Shown piece by piece: positions 8,285 through 15,120 of a stretch of DNA of 15,783 nt. Both the position numbers and the translations under genes were made by a program. Within the stretch, counting starts at the first letter, position 1, and each line of letters begins with the position of its first letter. Source of the DNA: an uncultured Candidatus Bathyarchaeia archaeon (GTDB lineage: Archaea > Thermoproteota > Bathyarchaeia > Bathyarchaeales > Bathycorpusculaceae); the NCBI GenBank assembly GCA_964450845.1, contig CAYVGZ010000036.1:1-15783 (forward strand). Reading direction: 5' to 3'. A model generated the notes under the pieces. It had not been told where the DNA came from. It saw only the letters and a program-made list of their open reading frames with translations, and searched no databases.

Positions 8285-8294
8285 CGTTGGTAGC

Positions 8295-8813
8295 TTAACT
8301 GGCGGATTCTACGTTGACTTCTATTTTGTACTGTGCGCTAGCAGTGAAAACAGTCATACTGCAGGTGGTGCCGATGTCTTCAACGGATATGGTACCTGGG
8401 TCTTGAATATAGATGACCAAGCATTCGCCTGACTTCAAGGACAAATCGTCAGTGGCAGTGTCATAACCTGTAATGTTGGCTAGATACTCCAAGTCTGCGG
8501 TTGGTGCTGTAGTCGTTCTGTTGTAGTATATTGTGTACGCTGTCCAACTCATATCTTGGCCTCGTACTTGGATCTTGTCAATGAGAGTGTCCCTACCACC
8601 AATGTTCACTAAAACAAATGCGGCTTGCGCTACAGTGCTGTTTGTCCATATGTGTGCTTTAGTTACTTTCAGGTTTTCCTCTTGTACTCTAGTTGTGGTA
8701 ATGTTGATGGCATAGAAAGTGACGACTGTTGCCAGTAGAACTGAAACCACTAGAATAATCAACGTAGTAACTACCGTGCTAAGCCCTTTTCTGTTTTTTA
8801 GGAGACTCTTCAT
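8295..8813 (-). CDS. Major type IV pilin / archaellin-superfamily subunit, copy 1
   Basis: 172 aa; MKSLLKNRKG|LSTVVTTLIILVVSVLLATVV class III signal peptide; own TATA box, SD GGAG, ATG start and terminator. Confidence 0.9.
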   Translation of the reverse strand: MKSLLKNRKGLSTVVTTLIILVVSVLLATVVTFYAINITTTRVQEENLKVTKAHIWTNSTVAQAAFVLVNIGGRDTLIDKIQVRGQDMSWTAYTIYYNRTTTAPTADLEYLANITGYDTATDDLSLKSGECLVIYIQDPGTISVEDIGTTCSMTVFTASAQYKIEVNVESAS

Positions 8814-8863
8814 TTTTTGATTTCTCCGTGGCAGAAAGGTTCAGTTAGATGAGAATTAGAAAA

Positions 8864-8887
8864 TTTGTGTGTATTTGTGTACTACAC
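8864..8887 (-). promoter_or_regulatory. Conserved upstream element, site B
   Basis: Sense strand GTGTAGTA-CACAAAT-ACACACAAA; 51 nt upstream of the ATG and about 30 nt downstream of the TATA box. Confidence 0.65.
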
Positions 8888-8917
8888 TCGCTTATCCAAT
8901 GGTCTGTCAACATGGTT

Positions 8918-8927
8918 TTTATATAAA
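8918..8927 (-). promoter_or_regulatory. TATA box of pilin 1
   Basis: TTTATATAAA (self-complementary) between the pilin 2 terminator and the pilin 1 start; implies a 5' UTR of roughly 80 nt. Confidence 0.6.
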
Positions 8928-8968
8928 GCCTGCAATTGCTTGATTCGATTTGAGATTGGCCTGATAGT

Positions 8969-8984
8969 AAAAAAGAAAGGGAGG
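8969..8984 (-). terminator. Oligo-T terminator of pilin 2
   Basis: CCTCCCTTTCTTTTTT after the stop codon, identical to the pilin 1 copy. Confidence 0.65.
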
Positions 8985-8994
8985 CGTTGGTAGC

Positions 8995-9513
8995 TTAACT
9001 GGCGGATTCTACGTTGACTTCTATTTTGTACTGTGCGCTAGCAGTGAAAACAGTCATACTTGCCGTAGTTCCAATGTCCTGAACGGACATGGTGCCCGGG
9101 TCTTCGATGTAGATGACCAAACATTGACCTGACTTCAAGGATAGATCGTCAGTGGCATTGTCATAACCTGTGAAGTCGGTTAGAAACTCCAAGTCTGCAG
9201 TTGGTGCCGTAGTCGTCCTGTTATAATATATGCTGTAACTTGTCCAGTCCATTTCTTGGCCTCGTACTTGGATCTTGTCAATGAGAGTGTCCCTACCACC
9301 AATGTTAGAAATGACAAATGCGGCTTGCGCTACAGTGCTGTTTGTCCATATGTGTGCTTTAGTTACTCTTAGATTTTCTTCTTGTACTCTAGTTGTGGTC
9401 ACGTTAATGGCGTAGAAAGTAACAACCGTGGCAAGCAACACCGAAACCACTAGAATAATCAACGTAGTAACTACCGTGCTAAGCCCTTTTCTGTTCCTTA
9501 AAACTTGCTTCAT
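8995..9513 (-). CDS. Major type IV pilin / archaellin-superfamily subunit, copy 2
   Basis: 172 aa; MKQVLRNRKG|LSTVV...; 151/172 residues identical to copy 1 by manual count; SD GGAG. Confidence 0.9.
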   Translation of the reverse strand: MKQVLRNRKGLSTVVTTLIILVVSVLLATVVTFYAINVTTTRVQEENLRVTKAHIWTNSTVAQAAFVISNIGGRDTLIDKIQVRGQEMDWTSYSIYYNRTTTAPTADLEFLTDFTGYDNATDDLSLKSGQCLVIYIEDPGTMSVQDIGTTASMTVFTASAQYKIEVNVESAS

Positions 9514-9568
9514 TTTACTATCTCCGAACAGTTTTTAAAAGAAAAAATGCCTTCGTGAAGTATGTCTG

Positions 9569-9592
9569 TTTGTGTGTAAAGAAGAAAGACGC
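9569..9592 (-). promoter_or_regulatory. Conserved upstream element, site C (one half degenerate)
   Basis: Sense strand GCGTCTTT-CTTCTTT-ACACACAAA (CGT-N11-ACA); 56 nt upstream of the pilin 2 ATG. Confidence 0.5.
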
Positions 9593-9650
9593 AACTTAGT
9601 GGTAAAAATTGATATTTACTCTTCAAAATAATATGGTTAGATATGGTTTT

Positions 9651-10565
9651 TTAAGATGGAGAGACGATTTCCAAAGGTTTTTCAGCGTCCCATAATTCTG
9701 AGAAAAGCTTCTCTAAAGCATTGATGAAAGCTTCGTAGTTCGTCAATAATGCAGCAACCTTTTCCCTTCTAACCTTCTCTCCCGAATCGTCTCCGTTCTT
9801 CCTTATCATGAAAAGAAGCTGCCCCCGATCTACTAAGATGAAAGTGGGAACGCCTTCGACGTCTGAAACTGCAACCCTTGCATTGACAAGCTTAATTTTC
9901 TCGATAAAAAACCGGCTCTTAGATGAGCTAGTTGTCATGAGTTTAACGTCAAAGTCTTTCCTCGAAAGCCTCTCAAGCTCATCAATAAAGCCCGAATAGT
10001 ACAGTCTCCCGAGGTCTTCCTTGGAAGCGAAAACTTTTATTTCTCTCTCGGTTCTTTGAATTATCTCTTTTGCTTTCAAGTCGATCTGTTCCTCGCCCTC
10101 AAGAATTTGGAAAACTTCCTTACGTGTGAACTCCACCTGAGGCTGAGGCAACGACAACCAAATATCGACGAGGCGTTGCTTCCTACTCTCCAACCGCTGA
10201 ATCCCCAGCTTCTTGGCTTCAATGAGAGCTTCGATAGCACGCTCGAAAGGCGTAGCGATGAATTTAAGAGGCTTTTCGAAAACTGACGAGACCAGCCCTC
10301 TCTTCTCCAAATCTCGCAGTATCCTGTAGGTTTCTGTTCTGTGGAGACTGAGCGCCTCCGAAACCTCACTAGCTTTCCGCTCCTTGGAACGAGCTAAATA
10401 GACGTATACTCGAATCTCATTCTTCGAGAGGCCAAGCTTCTGGAACATGCTCTCAATGAGCTCTATAGACTTTAAAGGTCCTCTGTCTTTTCTGACGAAT
10501 TTCCATACTCCAGCATATTCGTCGTAAAGCTTGACGACCTCTTCAGAATCTTCAACTGTTTCCAC
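9651..10565 (-). CDS. TrmB-family transcriptional regulator
   Basis: Winged HTH LGLSKNEIRVYVYL...HRTETYRILRDLEKRGLV, a coiled-coil linker and a C-terminal effector-type domain. The start is uncertain (GTG 10565, or ATG 10448 giving MFQKLGL). Confidence 0.9.
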   Translation of the reverse strand: METVEDSEEVVKLYDEYAGVWKFVRKDRGPLKSIELIESMFQKLGLSKNEIRVYVYLARSKERKASEVSEALSLHRTETYRILRDLEKRGLVSSVFEKPLKFIATPFERAIEALIEAKKLGIQRLESRKQRLVDIWLSLPQPQVEFTRKEVFQILEGEEQIDLKAKEIIQRTEREIKVFASKEDLGRLYYSGFIDELERLSRKDFDVKLMTTSSSKSRFFIEKIKLVNARVAVSDVEGVPTFILVDRGQLLFMIRKNGDDSGEKVRREKVAALLTNYEAFINALEKLFSELWDAEKPLEIVSPS

Positions 10566-10685
10566 GAATAAACCATCCCAAATCTTCTAAGTCTGAATCT
10601 GAACCGAAGCAAGTTTGGGTTTGAGTTCAAGCTCTATTTTATACTTCTGAATTCACGATATGAATTGCAAATAAGTAGACGGAAC

Positions 10686-10829
10686 TTAGAAACCATCAAC
10701 TATCGTCGTTATCGCTTTTTCGCGTTTTCCATTCGAAAGATGGTCCAACTCTTTCAAAGTCTTCTCGACATTCCACTCACATGAACCTTTGGTCAAAGCC
10801 TTCCAACGCTTCAGAAGAATCGACTTCAA
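10686..10829 (-). CDS. Putative small protein, 47 aa (below the ORF-track cutoff)
   Basis: TTG start with GTGGTGG SD-like sequence upstream; MKSILLKRWKALTKGSCEWNVEKTLKELDHLSNGKREKAITTIVDGF; the start is 50 nt from site D. Confidence 0.35.
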   Translation of the reverse strand: MKSILLKRWKALTKGSCEWNVEKTLKELDHLSNGKREKAITTIVDGF

Positions 10830-10878
10830 AACAGTTAAGCCACCACACTTCTTAACTTTGGTTTTCTAGGCTATTCTA

Positions 10879-10902
10879 TTGGTGTGTAAAACTCTACAAC
10901 AT
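10879..10902 (-). promoter_or_regulatory. Conserved upstream element, site D
   Basis: Sense strand ATGTTGTA-GAGTTTT-ACACACCAA (TGT-N11-ACA), in the divergent region between trmB and the 10948 gene. Confidence 0.5.
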
Positions 10903-10947
10903 ACAAATTCTCTTATCTCTCGAAAAACATGTAACCATTAATGTCTA

Positions 10948-11619
10948 ATGGTGGGTTGCTTTATGGAAGAGAAGCCAGAAGAAAAATCAGAACAAAAGTC
11001 TAAGCAGGCTAAGGGCGAAAACGTTCCATCACAGGATGCCCAGAATGAAACTTATCTTTCATACACACGCCAACTGCAGAACAGCGAGTTAGAAGTTGAA
11101 GAGAGCAAGGAATTAGAAGAGAAACGCGGAGAGATTGAAAACAAGTTTAACGAGTTTCTAACAGCGATAAACGAGGAAACCTTGCAACTGAGCGAATTCC
11201 TTATCGAAGAGAAAAAGCTAACTGACGAACTTTGTGGCTTACTTACTCAGACTCTTAGACGGTTGAATATCTCCTTCTACATCTCACCTGAATACGTTGC
11301 AAAGCTTGGAGAGGCGAGACAGATCAAGCTGAACAGAGAAGGGCACCTGATAATCATCCGAGAGCGGGACAAGGTGGATTCGAAGCTCTTAAGCGACTAT
11401 CCCCCTGACATTATCTTGACTGTTGCGTGGGTTATCATCCCAGAGCTTGAGAAGGCGATGAAAGCCTACAGAAGCAGAATAAGCAAGAGAGTAAGCCTTC
11501 TCGAGAAGATAAAGCAGGAACTAAAGAATATTGAAAAAGCGTTCTCGCCGACCGAAGCAGAAAGCGGTGAGCAACTCGGAGAGGGAACAAGCAGACCCCT
11601 AGTAATAGGTGAAAGCTAG
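10948..11619 (+). CDS. Hypothetical coiled-coil protein (helix - small alpha/beta domain - helix)
   Basis: 223 aa, E/K/L-rich with heptad-like segments at both ends. The ATG at 10963 with a GGTGG SD is the more likely start. Confidence 0.8.
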   Translation: MVGCFMEEKPEEKSEQKSKQAKGENVPSQDAQNETYLSYTRQLQNSELEVEESKELEEKRGEIENKFNEFLTAINEETLQLSEFLIEEKKLTDELCGLLTQTLRRLNISFYISPEYVAKLGEARQIKLNREGHLIIIRERDKVDSKLLSDYPPDIILTVAWVIIPELEKAMKAYRSRISKRVSLLEKIKQELKNIEKAFSPTEAESGEQLGEGTSRPLVIGES

Positions 11620-11652
11620 ACGCAGCATTTTAGCCGAGCCGTGGTGTAGAAA

Positions 11653-12198
11653 TTGAGGAATGTCGTCACCGAAATCCGCAGTTTTTATTCGATTAAAGAG
11701 ATGACCGAAGCAATAGAAGAAGAAATGGAACAGTACAAGTCGGTGGCAGACGAGTACAGCCAATGGCTCGGCTCCCTCCTCCGAGACTTAGAAGAGACTT
11801 CTGAAGACGAAGAATGGCTTAAAAAGATGGCAACACTGCAGAAATCAAAGCTGAAGGGAAAAACAAAGCCAACACAGAAAAAAGAGAAAGCTAAGACGAA
11901 ACAAGCTTCAGTCGAGTGGGTTCAGTTGAAAGAGCTTGCTCTCAGTGCTTCCGAACAGAGCGAGGCTGAAATCCTTTTCGAAGCCATAGAAAAAATCAAC
12001 ACAAAAATAGAGCGCCTCGAAAAAGTCAAGGAATCCTTGTTGCAACTAGAGAAGTCTGGATTAGGCAAGGACATAACTTATGTAACCTACATCTGCGACG
12101 GGGTGCCCGAGAAAATCGTCCTCCGCCACAAGAAAGAAGAAGAGTTCGCCAAGAAGTTCCAGTACATAGCTGATTTCCTAGCAGTAAATGTGACGTAG
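11653..12198 (+). CDS. Hypothetical coiled-coil protein (helical hairpin with a Lys-rich linker)
   Basis: 181 aa; TTG start with GGTG SD; two long amphipathic helices around KGKTKPTQKKEKAKTK. Confidence 0.8.
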   Translation: MRNVVTEIRSFYSIKEMTEAIEEEMEQYKSVADEYSQWLGSLLRDLEETSEDEEWLKKMATLQKSKLKGKTKPTQKKEKAKTKQASVEWVQLKELALSASEQSEAEILFEAIEKINTKIERLEKVKESLLQLEKSGLGKDITYVTYICDGVPEKIVLRHKKEEEFAKKFQYIADFLAVNVT

Positions 12199-12201
12199 TA
12201 G

Positions 12202-13959
12202 CTAGGCTGTTGCGCTGTACTGGGTGAAGATTTTGGTGAATTTCTTCATTAAGTCGTAAGGCGTGTCCACGACGCAGTTGAAACGGAAATAATTCTTCAC
12301 CGCCCTGCTTTTCACACCGATTCCTATTACTCCAACACCCAATTTTTCAGCCCTTCTCACGTTCTGTACGAGTTTCTGTTCTATATCGCTGTAGCCCGAT
12401 GGGAAAAAATCAGAAACCACTATCAAAATTTTGGACTGCTCACCACGTTTTCTTAGTATATTACTCATCACCAATATTCCATCGGGCAAGTAAGTCATTC
12501 CACTATAGGATAACCCCCCTATCCTCGCATGAGAACCGACTGTGTAGTTTTCCGAAAAGTCTTTTATTATGTAGAACTTGTTGTTAAACGCAAACATTCC
12601 CCACGCTCGTTGGTCTTGAATAATGCTTTTCGCCACCTCGCCTAAGCACAGGGCGATCCCACGCACTGTGGTCATCGCGAGGTTTAAGCTGTGGCTTGCG
12701 TCCACGAGTACTGCCCAAGTTTGCTCGCTGGTTTGCAATTCTTCGCGGACGAAAATGTCGGTGCGACGACTCTTGCTGGCAACTATTTGGATGGCTTCTT
12801 GCAAGTCGAGAAGACCGCTTTCATGTTTGAAGTCTTCGCCCGTGATGTTCTTAAGAAGACGAAGCTTCTCCATTATACGTCTAATCTGTCCTCCTAGAAG
12901 GGCTCGATGGCGCAGAAAGTCAACATAGTCCTCTTTAGGGAATTCTATGGACTGAAAATTCGTGTTCTCCAAAAGAGGCTTGTAGCTCTCCAGTATTTTC
13001 TTCTCTTTAGTTTCCTTAGCCTCCCAAGCAGAAAAGATTTGGTAGATTTCGCCTTCTAGCACGTTCTCCTTCTCCTCCACGTTCACATTCTCTTGACAGT
13101 TAAAGCCCGACTCAATAGAAGTGCTTTGCAAAAAAGCGTTGACCTCGTCTTCGGTGGGTAGAATGTCATTGAAAAGAACACTATTTTTTCCATGGCTCTC
13201 ACTGTATAGCATGAAGGGAGCATCTGCAGTTTTGCGGTATTTGGCTAGAATGTTAAAAATTTTCGTTGCAATGTTTAACCTGAGTTCTCTAGATTCTTTG
13301 GGAATGGCAAGTAACAAGTCTTCTCCACTTACTTCATTCAACTCCTGAAACTTCTGGAAAGCGAAACCTTCGATTTCCCTTGCCAGAGAAACTATTGTGT
13401 TAACATCGTTCATCACGTCCTCTGGCACTTTGTTTTTCACCCTTCCCACGTAATATTGTGTAAAAGCGGAAGTCATGGTAAGAAGAGCCTTATTTGACAC
13501 ATGACTCCAAGAGCGCATTCGGAGGTATGAAACAGCGTTTGCATAAACGATATCTTGAATCAAATTTGGCCATTTTGCCCTGAGGTAGGCATTCACTACG
13601 GCATCTTCTACAAGGTTTGCCGAGAAGGTGGCGAGGTTGACATCCTTATTTCTAGCCCAGTCGTCGTAGGTTTTATAGTCCGAAACTGCAACATGCATGC
13701 TCAGATGAAAAGTTGATGCTTTGAACAGTTTCCACATCAGTTTTCTATGAAATGGATTGTTATAGTCTAAGACCATATCTTGATAACCCATTAAGCCATC
13801 AGTGATTCTGCGCGGCTTTACCAAACAGAGGACAAAGCCTACGTCATCGTAGCTCAGTGTTGGAAACTTCAAGTTGTCTCGGAGAAGAAGTTTCACTGTT
13901 TCTCTGTCTTTTCGTGAAATCTGGAGCAGAGCTGCCCAAGCGTAGTCAAAAAAGCTCAT
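12202..13959 (-). CDS. VWA-domain protein, NorD/CbbO/CobT-like partner of a MoxR AAA+ ATPase
   Basis: 585 aa; C-terminal MIDAS (LVDASHS...GMTYLPDG...VVSDFFP); SGLLDLQEAIQ pre-VWA segment; 15 nt downstream of the AAA+ gene. Confidence 0.85.
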   Translation of the reverse strand: MSFFDYAWAALLQISRKDRETVKLLLRDNLKFPTLSYDDVGFVLCLVKPRRITDGLMGYQDMVLDYNNPFHRKLMWKLFKASTFHLSMHVAVSDYKTYDDWARNKDVNLATFSANLVEDAVVNAYLRAKWPNLIQDIVYANAVSYLRMRSWSHVSNKALLTMTSAFTQYYVGRVKNKVPEDVMNDVNTIVSLAREIEGFAFQKFQELNEVSGEDLLLAIPKESRELRLNIATKIFNILAKYRKTADAPFMLYSESHGKNSVLFNDILPTEDEVNAFLQSTSIESGFNCQENVNVEEKENVLEGEIYQIFSAWEAKETKEKKILESYKPLLENTNFQSIEFPKEDYVDFLRHRALLGGQIRRIMEKLRLLKNITGEDFKHESGLLDLQEAIQIVASKSRRTDIFVREELQTSEQTWAVLVDASHSLNLAMTTVRGIALCLGEVAKSIIQDQRAWGMFAFNNKFYIIKDFSENYTVGSHARIGGLSYSGMTYLPDGILVMSNILRKRGEQSKILIVVSDFFPSGYSDIEQKLVQNVRRAEKLGVGVIGIGVKSRAVKNYFRFNCVVDTPYDLMKKFTKIFTQYSATA

Positions 13960-13974
13960 GGTTCATCTACTGCA

Positions 13975-15027
13975 TTAACTTCTAAAGTTTGCGAGAACTA
14001 TCCGCCTAACCATTTCTTGCACTTCGGCATCATCGCTGGTCGTGCAGATAATCGTCTCTTCAGCCGCTTCTGCAGATGTACATCCATCAGCAACCAACAC
14101 TGCCCAGTTTATCAAGTCACCTGGCGAAGGCCCATACGGTAAGTCACCGCTTTTATACTGGCGTCTCAGCTCAGCTCCGACTTTTACGATGTTATGAGCG
14201 ACATCTTCGCTCACGTTGCTGCGCTTCTTGACAAGAGTCACTTCATCAGGGCACACATTATTTCCGATGCTCAGGTAGTCGAAGTTTATCCACACTGACA
14301 TGCGGCGTCTGAGGGCGGCATTCAAGGGCTTTGTGCCCACGAATTCTGATGAGAAGGGATTCATGGAAATGATTAGATAACCGTAGGGGTGACGATGCAC
14401 CACTTCGTTGTCTTTCTCAGTCAAAACTATGTGTCCCCTAGTGTCGAGCAGAGGGTTAAGCCTGGAAGCTATGTCTTGTTTCATCATGTTAGCTTCGTCT
14501 AAGTAGAGAATGCCGCCTAGGCGACACCATGATATTATCTGACCGTCTATCCAATTCTCTTTCCCAAGACCTATGTACCTTCCGAAGAGATCGTAGGATG
14601 ATGTTTGTAAGCCGCAGTTGACTTCCCAAATCGGAAGCCCGTTGAGTTCGGCTACAAGGTAGACTATGTGGGTTTTTCCTGTGCCGCTAGGTCCTATTAA
14701 GGAGCATTGTTTAAAGTGGTAGAGGGCTCGCGTGATGCGTTCTACGTACTTCTCTCCTCGGTCCACGTATTCGGGCGTGTTTTTTGGAATCATGCTTTCT
14801 AGAAAATCTGGGAAGACGTAGCCTGGGTGCAGGTCGTATTTTGCTATGTCGTATTTCGTGTAGAGCGTTGGTTTTCCGTTGGGTTGTTTTGCGAGGGATA
14901 CATGGAAGCGTGTGGCGGCTATTTCTGTGCTGAATTGGGTTTCTTTTAAGCTTAAGGTACCTTGTTTCTTTTTTTGTCCTTGATGGCTGAAGCCCATGGC
15001 TGAAGAATTTTCTGTTGTTTTTGGCAA
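13975..15027 (-). CDS. MoxR-family AAA+ ATPase (CbbQ/NirQ/NorQ-like)
   Basis: 350 aa; Walker A GPSGTGKT, Walker B LYLDEAN, sensor MNP, Arg finger ALRRRM, C-terminal PSPGDLINWA lid; TTG start with AAGGAG SD. Confidence 0.9.
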   Translation of the reverse strand: MPKTTENSSAMGFSHQGQKKKQGTLSLKETQFSTEIAATRFHVSLAKQPNGKPTLYTKYDIAKYDLHPGYVFPDFLESMIPKNTPEYVDRGEKYVERITRALYHFKQCSLIGPSGTGKTHIVYLVAELNGLPIWEVNCGLQTSSYDLFGRYIGLGKENWIDGQIISWCRLGGILYLDEANMMKQDIASRLNPLLDTRGHIVLTEKDNEVVHRHPYGYLIISMNPFSSEFVGTKPLNAALRRRMSVWINFDYLSIGNNVCPDEVTLVKKRSNVSEDVAHNIVKVGAELRRQYKSGDLPYGPSPGDLINWAVLVADGCTSAEAAEETIICTTSDDAEVQEMVRRIVLANFRS

Positions 15028-15120
15028 GAGGAGAGTCTCCTTGTATGGCTGCTTGTTATTCTAGGGAAGCAGTTGATTTAAATATTGTGCATTACGATTC
15101 AATATAGAAAGCCAGAGTGT

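Larger units (their letters stand above)
8269..9513 (-). repeat. Tandem duplication with a 700-bp period (8269-8813 and 8969-9513)
   Basis: The two pilin genes and their 3' terminator regions align without gaps at an offset of exactly 700. Confidence 0.95.

Noticed and set aside
8269-9513. Pilin duplication as a diversity-generating retroelement template/variable repeat pair
   Set aside because: The mismatches are not adenine-specific and are mostly synonymous, both copies are intact genes, and no reverse transcriptase is in the window.
1381-9513. Canonical rotary archaellum (arl/fla operon)
   Set aside because: No ArlH, no clear ArlF/G or ArlC/D/E/X and no chemotaxis genes are seen, so arl symbols were withheld.
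10781-10855. 24-codon plus-strand ORF in the divergent region
   Set aside because: It is very short, has no SD, and is antisense to the better-supported 47-aa frame.
13975-15027. AAA+ protein as GvpN, or as CbbQ/NorQ serving Rubisco or NO reductase
   Set aside because: There are no gvpA, rbcL or nor genes nearby. Only the family-level MoxR call is supported.
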